Source: Planctomycetota bacterium | GTDB lineage: Bacteria > Planctomycetota > UBA1135 > UBA2386 | Assembly (NCBI GenBank): GCA_965223545.1 | Contig: OZ245006.1 | Span: 1,632,001 to 1,696,000 of the forward strand | Length of the DNA stretch: 64,000 bases | Direction: 5' to 3' | Shown here: one piece after another, positions 19,466-31,200 of the stretch | How positions within the stretch are numbered: position 1 is the first letter of the stretch | Layout of the letters: each line of letters begins with the position of its first letter | Notes under the pieces: model-generated | Databases searched by the model: none | What the model saw: only the letters and a program-made list of their open reading frames with translations | What the model was told of the DNA's origin: nothing | Program-made: the position numbers and the translations under genes

Positions 19466-20353
19466 TCAGCCGTCGATCGGCGCTTCGCGGAGCAGCTGCC
19501 AGGTGTCCCGCCGCTGGTCGGTGACGTCGGCGTTGGCCAACAGCCAGTCGAGGTAGGCGTTGCGCCGCTTGGCGTCGCCCAGCTTGTGCGCGGCGATCGC
19601 CGCGAAGTTGCGCGCGTCGACGGAGGCGCCACAGCGCGCCAGCACGTCTTCGAGACGGCGCAGGCAGCCCTCGACGTCCTCGTCCGCCGCCAGCTGCAGC
19701 GCCACCAGCGGAACCTCGATCTCGGGCAGCGGCGGGTAGAACTTCTCGCCGAGCCGCACCAGCGTGCCGCGGTCCACGGTCTCCGCGCCGACCGCCGCGA
19801 CCACGGCGGCCTCGTCGCTGTCGGCGTGCTGCGCGGCGAGCAACCGCGCGCACTCGTCGCGATCTTCGACATGCCCGCCGATGTTGGCGCACCGCCACGC
19901 CAAGAACAGCGAACCGCGGTCGCCGGACTGCCGGTAGTCGCGCAGCGCCAGGTCCATGGCGCGGGCCAACACATCGAAGTCGCGGCTGCGGCAATACATC
20001 GCGAACGACGCGCGCGCCGCCAGCCGCAGGGGCTCCGGCCCGGAGTCGAACTCGAGCGCGAAGGGCGACAAGACCGTCCAGGCGTCCTGGTTGCGGTCCA
20101 GCTCGAGCAACAGCCGGCCGCGGGCCGTGGCGATACGGGCGTCGACGTTGGCGCTGCTGTGAGTCGCGAGCCGGCGCAGGAGGTCACTGGCCCGGTCGCG
20201 ATCCACGGGGCGGCGGCCGAGCTCGGTCGCCGTCTCCTCCACCAGCGCCTCGATCGCGGCGTTGCGCTTTGCCGCCGCGTCCCAGAAGTACCAACCGACG
20301 GCCGCGGTGGTGACGCCCAACGCCAACGACAGGCTCAGCCACAGGCCCTTCAC
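19466..20353 (-). CDS. Hypothetical membrane-anchored helical (TPR-like) protein
   Basis: N-terminal TM, overlaps stop of upstream phosphatase. Confidence 0.65.
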   Translation of the reverse strand: MKGLWLSLSLALGVTTAAVGWYFWDAAAKRNAAIEALVEETATELGRRPVDRDRASDLLRRLATHSSANVDARIATARGRLLLELDRNQDAWTVLSPFALEFDSGPEPLRLAARASFAMYCRSRDFDVLARAMDLALRDYRQSGDRGSLFLAWRCANIGGHVEDRDECARLLAAQHADSDEAAVVAAVGAETVDRGTLVRLGEKFYPPLPEIEVPLVALQLAADEDVEGCLRRLEDVLARCGASVDARNFAAIAAHKLGDAKRRNAYLDWLLANADVTDQRRDTWQLLREAPIDG

Positions 20354-21693
20354 GCGCGCACCACCTTGATCGCGATCATGGTCACATCGTCTTCCGGCGG
20401 CAGCTCCGCGCGGTGGCCGGCCAACGCATCGTCGACGCTCTTGAGGATCGCCTCGGCGGAGTCTCCGGCGCGCTCGATCAGCAGCTCTTTGAGACGCTCT
20501 TCACCGAACACTTCTCGCGCGGAATTCATCGATTCTTCGACCCCGTCCGTGCGGAAGAACAGCAGGTCGCCCGGCTGCAGCGGCACGGGTCCACGCACCG
20601 AGTAGTCCGAGTCGGCGACCACCCCGAGCACCATGCCGGTCTTGCCGTAGGTCTGCAGCTCGCCGTCGCGGATCAGCCACAGCTCGGCATGCCCGGCGTT
20701 GACGTAGTGCATGGCACCGGCGTGCGCGTCGAGCACGATCAGCGCCAGCGACATGAAGTTGCCGGTCTCGACTCCCTCGACCAGCCGGTTGTTGAGCCGG
20801 CACACGACCTCGCCGGGATCGTCGAGCAGCTCGAGGTAGCTGCGCAACCCGGCCTGCGCGGTGTGGGTCAACAGCGCCGCGCCGACGCCGTGACCGGTGA
20901 CATCGCCGATGACCACAGCGAGCTTGCCGTCGGCGATCGGCAGGAAGTCGTAGGTGTCCCCACTGGCGGCTTCGCACGCGATGTAGCGCAGCGCGATGTC
21001 CACGCCGGGGAGCGAGGCGGGCACCGGCGGCAGCAGGTGGCGCTGGATGCGGTGCGCGATCTCGACGTCCTTCTGCAGCTTGACCTTCTCCAGCGAATCG
21101 GCGTAGAGGCGCGCGTTCTCGACGGCGATCGACAGCTGCGCCGTCAGCGCGCCGAACAGCGCGAGGTCGCGCGCCGAGAACTCGCGCCGGGCCGCGCGCG
21201 AATCGACGTAGATCGCGCCGAGCACGTTCTCCTTCGCGATCAGCGGCGCGCACATCACGGCGCGGAGCTTGAGGTCGAAGACCGACTGGCCGAGCTCGAG
21301 CGCCTCCTCGTCCGACTGGACGACCGAGCGCACCGGCTGCACCTGATCGAGCGAGCGGCGCACGACGCTGCGGCTGTACTGCAGATCGGAGCTGAGCGCC
21401 GCGCCGGCCTTGTCCTGGGCGACCCCGACCTTGAGCTCGTCGAAGCTCGGCCCCAAGAACACCACCGCGCGCTCGGCCTGCGTCACGCTCAGTGATTTCG
21501 CCGCGATGCCTTCCAGCACCACGGCGAGCTCCATGTCCGACGACACGTCGGCGATGCTCTCGAGCAGGATTTGGACGAAGCGCTCGTCCTGCGCGGGGTC
21601 CCCCGTGAGCAGGCCGGGGGCCTCCTCGGCCGGGCCGACCGAGGCGCTGGGCTGGCCTTCACCGGGCCGGTTCCAGAAAAAAAAGCGCTTCAT
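20350..21693 (-). CDS. GAF + PP2C/SpoIIE phosphatase (RsbU-like)
   Basis: GAF (AVMCAPL...GAIYVD), SGDTYD, IGDVTGHG, TDGVEE, DDVT. Confidence 0.9.
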   Translation of the reverse strand: MKRFFFWNRPGEGQPSASVGPAEEAPGLLTGDPAQDERFVQILLESIADVSSDMELAVVLEGIAAKSLSVTQAERAVVFLGPSFDELKVGVAQDKAGAALSSDLQYSRSVVRRSLDQVQPVRSVVQSDEEALELGQSVFDLKLRAVMCAPLIAKENVLGAIYVDSRAARREFSARDLALFGALTAQLSIAVENARLYADSLEKVKLQKDVEIAHRIQRHLLPPVPASLPGVDIALRYIACEAASGDTYDFLPIADGKLAVVIGDVTGHGVGAALLTHTAQAGLRSYLELLDDPGEVVCRLNNRLVEGVETGNFMSLALIVLDAHAGAMHYVNAGHAELWLIRDGELQTYGKTGMVLGVVADSDYSVRGPVPLQPGDLLFFRTDGVEESMNSAREVFGEERLKELLIERAGDSAEAILKSVDDALAGHRAELPPEDDVTMIAIKVVRA

Positions 21694-21786
21694 GCCGGGC
21701 TCGAATCTACCGCATTGCGCTGCGCGATCGCCTCCGCCAAAATCGTCAACTCAACCGCATTTCGGGGTTCTTCCCGCTCAGCGCCC

Positions 21787-22545
21787 ATGAAGATCGACAA
21801 GTCCCTGCTGGACGACTACGCCATCCTGACCCTCAAGGGTGAGTTCGACACGTTCTACTGCCCTCGGTTTCAGGAGGAGGTGGAAGCGCTGCTCGAGCAG
21901 GGCCTGAGTCACGTCATCCTCAACATGCGGCTGGTCAAGTTCATCAACTCGACGGCGCTGGGGGCGGTGATCAAGGCGCACAAGCGTTGCCGCGCCGAGG
22001 GCGGCGACCTGCTCGTCGCCGGCGCCTCGAAGTTCGTGCAGAAGGTCGTCAGCAGCTTGGGCATCGACCAGCTGATCCAGATGTACGAGGACGAGGAAGC
22101 GGCGACGCGCGCCGTGGTCCAGTCGCTCAACAAGCTCGAGCTGGCCGGCGACGCCCCGGTCGAAGAAGAGAAGGTGCTCATCGGCTTCCCCGACGAGACC
22201 CGCCACGCCCAGCTCGGCGGCCGCAAGACCACCGTCGGCCGCATGTGCAACGTCGACGGCCAGCGCGTGCAGTTCTGGTGGTCGGGCGCCCGCCACGACC
22301 TGAGCCAGGACCAAGCCAAGCAGCTGTTCTTCAGCGGCAGCGACCTGCACTTGAAGTTCCAGGTCAAGCTCTTCAAGAAGGGCTACTTCGAGCTCGACGC
22401 CAAAGTCGTCGACACCACCGCCGACGATGATGGCGGCGTGCGCGTGACCGCGGCGTTCGGCGAGATCTCGGCCTCGGACCGCGAAGCGCTGAGCCAGTTC
22501 GCCGAGGACATGGCGTTCCTCAAGCGGCAGCTGCCGGGGACGTGA
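21787..22545 (+). CDS. STAS anti-sigma-factor antagonist with extra C-terminal domain
   Basis: LKGEFD, VKFINSTALG. Confidence 0.8.
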   Translation: MKIDKSLLDDYAILTLKGEFDTFYCPRFQEEVEALLEQGLSHVILNMRLVKFINSTALGAVIKAHKRCRAEGGDLLVAGASKFVQKVVSSLGIDQLIQMYEDEEAATRAVVQSLNKLELAGDAPVEEEKVLIGFPDETRHAQLGGRKTTVGRMCNVDGQRVQFWWSGARHDLSQDQAKQLFFSGSDLHLKFQVKLFKKGYFELDAKVVDTTADDDGGVRVTAAFGEISASDREALSQFAEDMAFLKRQLPGT

Positions 22546-22639
22546 GCGGCGGCCGTTGAGTCGCGAGGACATCCTCGGGGCTTGACGTAGGCAACTTTCT
22601 GCATCAGGGTGGGTGTCGGCCCTCACCGGGAGCGCATCC

Positions 22640-22678
<39 letters not shown>

Positions 22679-22727
22679 ACGCGTCGGTGATCGCGCACGC
22701 CACCTGATCGGGATCGTCTGCGCCACC

Positions 22728-25700
22728 GTGTCATTCGCGGGGGCGCTGACCGCTCAGGTCGGAGGCCATCCAACGATCGCGGACCCGCTGCCGCCCGCGG
22801 TCATCAACACGCCCTACTCGCCGTTCCTCAACAAGGCCGACTTGATGTGGAACTTCGGCGAGGCGTTGCCCGACCCGGCGGCACCGGATGTCGGCGGCTA
22901 TCACGGACCGGATCCGGACCCGAGCACAGTGGTGCAAGCAGGCGCCGTGAAGGAGATCCGAAACTGGACGCCGATCGAGGGCTACGACTTCGACGGGGCC
23001 ACCGTGATCGGCAACCTCGAGCAGTACATCGGCGAACTCCGCGGCGCGTCGCCTTCGCCGAGCGAGCCTCCGCCGCTGGCGGCGTCGTTCGAGATCGTTC
23101 GCCCAACGGAGTGGGATCCCAGCCCCGGCCGCTTTGCCGTCGCCGTGATCGCGATGCCGGCAACGCAGCCGCCAAAGGCAACCGCGCCTCAAGAGCAGGA
23201 ACCGTTCGGCTATCCCGGCCACCACGACCAATTCGGGCTCCTCGCCACGCGGCTGACGACGACCTCCCCCGAGCGATGGGGCGAACGCAACTGGCCGCAC
23301 CCCGACCAGCTGATCCATCGCTCGCGCAGCTACACCGAGCGCAACTACGACGTCTTCGTGGCCCACATCGTGCCGCGCACTGCGGGGCGGCCACTGACGT
23401 TCTTGATGCAGCGCGCGCGTCAGCTGCGCACGGTGCTCGCGCAGATGCTCGGCCAGTACGAGGACGTCGTCTTCATCCTCGCGGGAGGGTCGTTCGGCGG
23501 CCTGGCCGCGCAGGTCGGCGTCCTGCGGTACCCGCACGAGTTCCACGGCGCGATCTCCTCGGCCTACAACCCCTCCCATCGTGCCGTGCCCAACGAACAC
23601 GACGCCTACGACCTCTTCACAAGCGCGACCGGCGGCGTTGGATCCGGCGCCGACTACCAGCTCACCAACGCGCTGGATTGGACGGTGTTCTGTGTCCAAG
23701 AGGGCACCGACTACCTCGGCATGTCGTTCACCAACCGCCTGCGCCACCGCACCGTCGCCCGCCCGGCCATGCTGATGTGCGGCGACGAGGACACGGTGAC
23801 CAACGGCACCGACTGGATCGGCCTGATGGACGACCTCTCGGCATCCGGAAACACGAACACCCAGACCGCCGGTCACGTCGTCAGCGGACACCCCAACGCG
23901 CCCAACATCTACTGGTCAAGCGTTGGCAAGGGTTGCCACTTCGACATCACTTGGGCTGAGCCGCTCACCGTGCGCGACACTTCCGGTGGCACCATCACTT
24001 TCCCGCAGGCGATCGACGCAGCCGCATGGTTCATCGACCAAGAAGCGGCTGGGCAAGTTGGCGTCACGGTTCCGCCGCCCACGGCGCAGGAGCTTCGCCC
24101 GGGGTTGGCCGGCGACCCATCGAAGGGGATCCCCCCCATCAACACACTGGACCCCCATGACCACGTCCTCAACCGCGCGGGCGTGCGCCAGAACTTTCCG
24201 TCGCCCGAGGCCTTGCTGATCAAGAGCCCGACCTTCCAGTCCGTCGGCCAGGGCACGTGGTTCGGCTACGATGAGTCCATGGTGGTCGCGGACTGCGACA
24301 ACGACGGCAAGGCTTCGATCTACGTCGGAAGCGCGCAGGGCCTGATCACCCGCTTCGAGGTCGAGCAGATCAGCCCGAGCATGCAGCCGCTCGTCGTGGT
24401 CGCCCAGAGCCAACCCCTGGGCCATGGCGTCTGGGGGCTGGCCGCCGGCGATGTCGACCCCAACAACCCCGGCGACGAGATCATCGCTGCAGCCTACCGG
24501 CGCATCGCCGTCTACGATGGCACTACCTTGGCCTTGCTACGGTCCGCCGAAGCCCCCTTCGGCATCACGGTCCCAGGCCTCACCGATCCGTGGCTCTACA
24601 CCAAGCCGCGGCGCATCGCGGTCGACAACCTCGACAACGACGTGGCCGCGGAGATCGTGTTCGCCACCGTCCACGGCATGATCGTCGTGCTGGACGGCAA
24701 CCTCACTCCGCTCGCCTACCACCAGGAGACCGGCACCATCGACATCGTCGTCGGTCCGACGCCCCAGATGCGCAGCACCGGCGGACCGTTTCACAAGCCG
24801 GTCTACGTGCTCTCGCACCGCGGCGTCATCGCCTCGCTCGAGTGGGACCAGCCAGGCGTTCCCGCCGGCACTCCTGCCGGCCCGGCGAAGCTGTCAGCCG
24901 CGTCCGCGCTCCAGTACGGCGACGCGGCGGACCTCGAGTACGTGATGTGGACCGAGCAGCCGTACCTGCTGTCCATGCACCGCAACCGGTTCAAGAGCTC
25001 GTCGTTCCCCACAGCCGGCGGAGGACCGCCGGTCGTCCAGCGCGACAGCTTCCGGTTCTTCACCCCGGACACGCTGGACATGCAGGACTCCTTCGGTCGA
25101 CTGGACACCCCCGCCCACCCGGCCACGACTCCGTTCATCGGGCTTGGCAAGCCAGTGCGCGGCAACGGCGTCGCCGTCACCGGCGCCACGCACACCGTGG
25201 GAGAGAATCGCGTCCGCTATCTCGTCGCGCTGTTCAGCGGCCACCTACTCATTTGGAACGAGTTCAAGACCTGGCTCGGCCTGCGCGAGCTGGACACCTT
25301 TGCCCCCGCGGCTTACGGCGCCGACGTCCAGTCCGGCGACATCGACGGCGACGGTAACGACGAGATCGTGGTATCGACCGCCACCGGCCGGGTCGTGTGG
25401 TTCGAGCTCGCCGAGTTGATGGACACCACTCAATCGCCGATCCCGATTCAGCGCCACGTCAGCGTCGTCACGACGTCTCCGCCCAGCGGGGCGTGGACAC
25501 TACAAGACCACCGAACGAATCCCTCGATCGCTTGCACGTGGGCAATCGAAGGCGTGCCTGGAGTCGGCGCCGCCAATGGAGTGCTGCACGCACTCGGTCC
25601 GGACCAGAGCTGGTGGAAGCTGGATCCGGTGACGGGGCAGCCCGCGGTAACGGTTGGGCAGGGGCCGGACCAGGCGCCCGCCGCGGGGTTCATGCTGCGG

Positions 25701-26798
25701 TATGGGGGGAATGGGTTGAGTACGATGGCTTTGGGTGGCGGATCGGGCCACACCCAGTGGAATGTCCAAGTATCCTCGACACACCAGAGTCTGACGCTGT
25801 TCCCGTACAAGCCCAACCTGAATCTAAGGAACTGGGCAATCCTCCCGGTGGGTGCCGCAGCGGCGCAATCTGACTTCTGGATCGCAGCACGCCCTGGAGA
25901 TGTTCGCGCGGTTGGCCCTGTGCATTACGCCGGTTGGTGGAACACTGTCCCATACGGCACAGGATTCTATCCAAACCTCGTACAGGTTGTTGAGTACACT
26001 CCCGCCGCAACCCCAAGCTTCAGCGATGTCTGGAATTCTACGGGGCCGCAGTACGGACCGATGAGCAATGAACATCCCCCCGGCCCCACATCGACCCAGC
26101 TGTCATCCGGTATCACACTGCGGCAGGAGCTCTCCGGCCATCAGGTTTGGGAGCAGCAAAGCCTGCGCTTGGCGCATATCAGCCGGCCAGTGACGGCGAA
26201 ACCCGAAGCGGTCGTGGCCGGTTTTGGCGGGAGAGTAATGGTGCTCGACACTTTCACCTCGCACCACAACCCGATCGTCGCGCAGAGCAGCGACCTCGGC
26301 CTCGGCGGGCAGGCGCTGGCCGTCCACGATCTCGATGGCGATCCCGGGGATGAGATCGTGTTTGCGACGTTCTACGACCCCGTCGACCACGATGGCGACC
26401 CCGCGCGCGCGAGCCTCCACGTGCTCGACTACGTCGCCGGTCAAACTACACTACAGCCCCTGGGGCAAGCCCGTGTCGGGGGCAATGCACTGCTGCCCGA
26501 CTTCCCCGGCTACGGCGCCTGCGCGATCGCAATCGCCGATCTCGACAATGATTCCAACGGACTCGAGATCTTGATTTGTACGCACATCGGTGAGCTGTGC
26601 GCGTTCCGATGGGACCTGGCACAACGTCAACTGACCAGCCCAGATCCCATCTTCCGCATGGTGTTGGATGGATCCATCGGAGCTTTTCAGTCGATCCTGG
26701 TCGCCAACCTCGATCAATCGCACCCGGCACCCGAGGTCTACATCGCTGGAACCACCGGTGTCCATCGACTTGACCCCTCCTACGCCGTGAGCCCATAA
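22728..26798 (+). CDS. Large secreted protein: alpha/beta-hydrolase-like N-terminal part + FG-GAP repeats; true start probably ATG 22640, frameshifted in the AG tract
   Basis: GGSFGG nucleophile elbow; repeated DxDGDGxxEIV motifs; frame open upstream through a signal peptide. Confidence 0.8.
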   Translation: MSFAGALTAQVGGHPTIADPLPPAVINTPYSPFLNKADLMWNFGEALPDPAAPDVGGYHGPDPDPSTVVQAGAVKEIRNWTPIEGYDFDGATVIGNLEQYIGELRGASPSPSEPPPLAASFEIVRPTEWDPSPGRFAVAVIAMPATQPPKATAPQEQEPFGYPGHHDQFGLLATRLTTTSPERWGERNWPHPDQLIHRSRSYTERNYDVFVAHIVPRTAGRPLTFLMQRARQLRTVLAQMLGQYEDVVFILAGGSFGGLAAQVGVLRYPHEFHGAISSAYNPSHRAVPNEHDAYDLFTSATGGVGSGADYQLTNALDWTVFCVQEGTDYLGMSFTNRLRHRTVARPAMLMCGDEDTVTNGTDWIGLMDDLSASGNTNTQTAGHVVSGHPNAPNIYWSSVGKGCHFDITWAEPLTVRDTSGGTITFPQAIDAAAWFIDQEAAGQVGVTVPPPTAQELRPGLAGDPSKGIPPINTLDPHDHVLNRAGVRQNFPSPEALLIKSPTFQSVGQGTWFGYDESMVVADCDNDGKASIYVGSAQGLITRFEVEQISPSMQPLVVVAQSQPLGHGVWGLAAGDVDPNNPGDEIIAAAYRRIAVYDGTTLALLRSAEAPFGITVPGLTDPWLYTKPRRIAVDNLDNDVAAEIVFATVHGMIVVLDGNLTPLAYHQETGTIDIVVGPTPQMRSTGGPFHKPVYVLSHRGVIASLEWDQPGVPAGTPAGPAKLSAASALQYGDAADLEYVMWTEQPYLLSMHRNRFKSSSFPTAGGGPPVVQRDSFRFFTPDTLDMQDSFGRLDTPAHPATTPFIGLGKPVRGNGVAVTGATHTVGENRVRYLVALFSGHLLIWNEFKTWLGLRELDTFAPAAYGADVQSGDIDGDGNDEIVVSTATGRVVWFELAELMDTTQSPIPIQRHVSVVTTSPPSGAWTLQDHRTNPSIACTWAIEGVPGVGAANGVLHALGPDQSWWKLDPVTGQPAVTVGQGPDQAPAAGFMLRYGGNGLSTMALGGGSGHTQWNVQVSSTHQSLTLFPYKPNLNLRNWAILPVGAAAAQSDFWIAARPGDVRAVGPVHYAGWWNTVPYGTGFYPNLVQVVEYTPAATPSFSDVWNSTGPQYGPMSNEHPPGPTSTQLSSGITLRQELSGHQVWEQQSLRLAHISRPVTAKPEAVVAGFGGRVMVLDTFTSHHNPIVAQSSDLGLGGQALAVHDLDGDPGDEIVFATFYDPVDHDGDPARASLHVLDYVAGQTTLQPLGQARVGGNALLPDFPGYGACAIAIADLDNDSNGLEILICTHIGELCAFRWDLAQRQLTSPDPIFRMVLDGSIGAFQSILVANLDQSHPAPEVYIAGTTGVHRLDPSYAVSP

Positions 26799-26800
26799 CC

Positions 26801-27979
26801 ATGCTTTACTCCTTGATCAAGCTGACGCCGCTGTGGGCGTGCGCCGCGACCGTGAGCGCCCAAACCACGTGGATCGTGGACAACCAGGCACGCCCGGGCA
26901 GCCATTTCACCGACATGCCACAGGCCATCGCTGCGGCCAGCCCAGGCGACACCATCTTCGCTCGGCCCAGCGTCACGCCCTACTCCGCGTTCACGGTCGA
27001 CAAGGGCCTGACCATCATTGGTCCTCTCCAAACTCCTTCTCCGGTTACGATTCACAACATCCCGGCAAGCCAACGCTTTGTCGCGTTCGGGCTTACGAAC
27101 GTTCGGGGCCAGGAACACGTCGTTAGAATCTACGATTGCTTGGGCCCGGTACACCTGCAGACCCTTACGACCGTTGACCTTCGCTTTCCCGGATGGATAG
27201 AGCCAGACCTCGGTATAATCGACGTACGGCGATCACAAAACGTCACACTTGTGGACTGCCTCACGCAGGTGATGCACGTCGAGCACAGCAACGTACTCAA
27301 CGTCCAAGGGCAACTGGTCGCAAGGTATCGACATCCCCACATCCCGCTGACTGCTGTCGGGTCACGGGTAGCCCTGATCAGCACGCAGGTCGTGACTGCG
27401 AATACTTGCCCCAATCCGCGACCGGGAATTCACGCCACAAACTCCGACATCATTCTGGCCACAACCGGCTCCTACGTCATCGGAAGTACCGGCTCCTGTG
27501 CCACATCGACTGACATCATCGGCTTTGGCGGCACCCTCACCTATGACCCCCTGTTCCCGCCCAACCGCGTGCAGGGCACCATGCAGATCGTCCAGAAGCC
27601 GATCGTCGCCACCATGGTAGAGCCCTCATGGGCGAGCGGCATCCACTCGTTCCGCAACTCCGTTTGGGCACCGAACGGGTCGGTCGCCGTCACCGTCGCC
27701 AGCTTGCCTCCACCGAGCTATCCGACTCCGATCCCATCGTTGTCCGGCTGGGACGAAATATGGGTCGACCCAAGAGTGATCGCCGTAGTGCAAACCGCCA
27801 CGGTGCCGACCCCTGGGCTTTCGTACCTATCGACAACCGTGATGCCTACGTCGACCCTCCTGCCGACCAGCCTCAGCAATGTCTTGCTGTCGTTCCAATC
27901 CGTCGTGCTCCCTCCTGCGGGACCGATGCAGATCACTTCGGCAACGGTCGCGATGCTCAACCACACCATTTCGCTTTGA
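26801..27979 (+). CDS. Secreted hypothetical protein (beta-helix-like), lower GC
   Basis: Signal peptide; WIVD...FTDMPQAIAAASPGDTI. Confidence 0.7.
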   Translation: MLYSLIKLTPLWACAATVSAQTTWIVDNQARPGSHFTDMPQAIAAASPGDTIFARPSVTPYSAFTVDKGLTIIGPLQTPSPVTIHNIPASQRFVAFGLTNVRGQEHVVRIYDCLGPVHLQTLTTVDLRFPGWIEPDLGIIDVRRSQNVTLVDCLTQVMHVEHSNVLNVQGQLVARYRHPHIPLTAVGSRVALISTQVVTANTCPNPRPGIHATNSDIILATTGSYVIGSTGSCATSTDIIGFGGTLTYDPLFPPNRVQGTMQIVQKPIVATMVEPSWASGIHSFRNSVWAPNGSVAVTVASLPPPSYPTPIPSLSGWDEIWVDPRVIAVVQTATVPTPGLSYLSTTVMPTSTLLPTSLSNVLLSFQSVVLPPAGPMQITSATVAMLNHTISL

Positions 27980-28201
27980 CGGGGCGGGTTCCACGGGCAG
28001 CTCGCTTCCGTGGCCTGGCGACCCGCCGCACGCGTGTGGGGCAACTCGGGCGGCGCGGCTCTGTGAACTTCGCCTGCCGCACGCACTCGCCTCGCTCTGC
28101 TATCATGGGTCGACCGGGGTCGATCGAAGCGGAGAGCCCGTGACTCGAGGAGAGCCCTGCCGGGCACCCCGGCTCGCACAACGCCCACCCGAGGTTCCGA
28201 A

Positions 28202-31200
28202 ATGCGTGCCCCCGAGCTTGCGTGCGTCACGGTTCTGTCGCTGGCCATGACGTCCCCGGCCCAGCTTCTCGAGAACATCAACACCCTGCCGATGCCCAGC
28301 TCGGCATTCCCCGCCGACTCGGACCCGGCCGACTTCGCCGTCGTCGGCAACCGGGTCTACTTCACAGCGACGACGGCCGCGACCGGACGCGAGTACTTCT
28401 GGGCGGACACGAGCGGCGCGCCGGCGCAGCTGCTGGCCGATATCGAGCCCGGGGCACAGGGCAGCTCGCCGAAGGAGCTCGTCGCCCTGCCCAACGGACT
28501 GCTGCTGTTCACCGCCGACACGACCGCCTACGGCCGCGAGGTATGGGTCAGCGATGGGAGCGCCGCCGGCACACGGCTGCTGGTCGACCTGAGTGGACCC
28601 GGCCAGTTCACGGTGCCACAAGACCTGACCATCCATCAGGGGTCGTGCTACTTCCTGGCCAGGTTGAACGGTGCCTTCGCGCCCAGCTTGTGGCGCACGG
28701 ATGGCACCGCTGCGGGGACCGTGCGACTCGACGATCTCGCCCTGACTGGGTCCTACTCGAGCGGCGCGCTGATGATGGTCAGCACCGGAACGCAGCTGTT
28801 CTACACGACCTCGCAGAGCGTGACCGGTGGAACCGGTCAGTGGGGTCTGCACACGAGCGACGGCACCGTCGGCGGCTCGCGACTGGTCACGCAAGTGCAG
28901 GAGAGTTCGTGGTACGGCCCCCGCGGGCTGACCGTGGCCGGAGGGAACGTTGTGTGGGCGGCCCAGGGGGTCGCGACAGGTCTCGAGGTTTGGGTCAGCG
29001 ACGGCACCACTGCGGGCACGGCGATGATCGATCTGATCTCCGGCAGCGGTGGCTCCAACCCGACCGAGCTGACGAAAGTCGGCAGTCACGTGTTCTTCGC
29101 GGCCTACGAGAGCGGGACGTCCGGCGAGATCTTCGTCTCGGACGGCACCGTCGCCGGCACGGTGCAAGTGACCTCGTCGACTGCTCGATCCAGGCCGCTG
29201 TTTCTGCGCGCCGCTGGCAACCGGCTCGCCTACACGGCCGACGGCGGCACCGGCTACAAGCTCTGGGTCGCCGAGGCGACTCCGGGCAGCGAACGGCTCT
29301 TCGCGGACTTCGGCCCCGGCGACAACACGCCGCTCGACATGGTCGCCGTTGCAGGCGGCATCCTGTGCAGTGCGGAGACCCGCGCGACGGGTCGCGAGCT
29401 GTTCTTCAGCGACGGCACCCCGGGCGGGACGGTTCTGGTCGCGGACATCGAACCGGGTACCGGATCCTCTTCGCCGCAAGGGCTCGTCGTGCTGGGCAAT
29501 CACGTCTTTTTCGGTGCTACCGAACGCATCCACGGCCACGAGCCGTGGTTGACCGATGTCACGACTGCCGGGACGCGCCTGCACACAGATCTCTCGCCGG
29601 TGCCGTTCGACGGCAGCTCATATCCGAGCGCGTTTGCCAACCTCGGCGATCGCGTTGTGTTCACTGCGACGGATGGCCTCACCGGCAAGGAGCTGTGGGC
29701 CACCGACGGCACTGCCGCCGGGACCACGCAGCTCACCGACTTTGCCGGCAGCGGGTCCGGCTTCGCGTTCGGAACGGTACCCATTCTGCCGTTCGACGGC
29801 CGCGCCGCCTTCGCCATGGACGACGGCATCAACGGCACCGAGCTGTGGATGACCGACGGCACGATCGAAGGCACGGGGATGCTCGTGGACCACACCCCCG
29901 GCGCCCTCAGATCGGCGGCGTACCCGCTGATCGTTTGGCGTGGCAGGCTCTACTTCGCCGCGGGCGCCTACTTCGGCGGAAAACTCGATCTGCTCGCCAC
30001 TGACGGCACGGCCGCCGGGACACGACTGATCTACAGCTTCTCGGGCGCAGGAGGCGGCATGAGCTCGCTCACCCCGGTGGAACACAACGGCCGGCTCTAC
30101 TTCGGGGCCAGCGCGGCCGGCACTGGTCTCGAACTCTGGAGCACCGATGGCACCACCGCCGGAACCTCGATCGTGGCCGATATCAACCCCGGCAGCGGAT
30201 CGGGACTGCGCTGGTTCCAGGGAGCGAGCCTGGGGTCCCTGCTGTACTTCGCCGCTAGCGACGGAACGAACAACGAAGAGGTTTGGAGCACGGACGGCAC
30301 CGCCGCGGGCACGCGCCTGTTCGCCGATATCAATCCGACTTCCGGCTCGGCGCCGGGTGACTTCCACTCGATCGGCCAGTCCGTGGTGTTCTCGGCGTCG
30401 GTCAACGGCGCGCGGCAGTACTACGGCAGCGATGGGGTGGCGGTGCAGCAGCTCTCCGCGTCGCCGCTGTACGTCAACGGCAACTGGATCCTCTACCCCA
30501 CCGACGACTTGTTGATCGGCATGCTGCGCGGCGCCAACGGCAGCTTCAACCTGTGGGGCACGGATGGCACGGTCGCCGGCTCGGCGGTGATCAAGCAGAT
30601 CTCCCCCAACGGCACCTGGTTCGTCAACCTGCGCGCTTGGCGCGTCAGCTCGGGCAACGCGCTCCTGTTCTCGGCGGCGGACGCGGCCGTCGGCAACGAA
30701 ATCTTCGTCACGGACGGGACGGAAGTCGGCACCGGCCCGCTCATCGACTTGATCCCGGGCACCACAGGGTCGATCCCCGGACCACTCACGCGGCTGGGAG
30801 ACTCGTTGCTGTTCAGCGCCTTCGAACGCCCGACCGGCTTCGAGCTCTACCACCTGCCGTGGACGCTGGTCGGCGATTGGCTGGCGCAGCCATTCGGCGT
30901 GGGCTGCGCCGGCTCATCCGGCCGCGCGCCGGAGTTCGATATCGGCGGCAGCGCCGCACCCGGGCGCACTCTCTCGGTCGCGGTGACCGGGAGTGCCCCG
31001 CTCGCACCGGTCGCGCACCTGTGGTCGCTGGACTACGCGCTGCAGAGCATCGGCCCGTGCTCGACCTACTTGCGCGCGCCACAGCTGCTGTCGACGGGGA
31101 CGAGCGATCCCTCGGGCACCGCCAACTTGGCGCTGCCGATCCCCAACCTGCCGAGCCTGCTCGGTGTCGGGCTCTGGATGCAGTCGTTGGTCGTCGATGC

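Noticed and set aside
21677..21684. A8 run at the start of the PP2C gene as a phase switch
   Set aside because: In frame (Phe codons), short, no evidence of variation.
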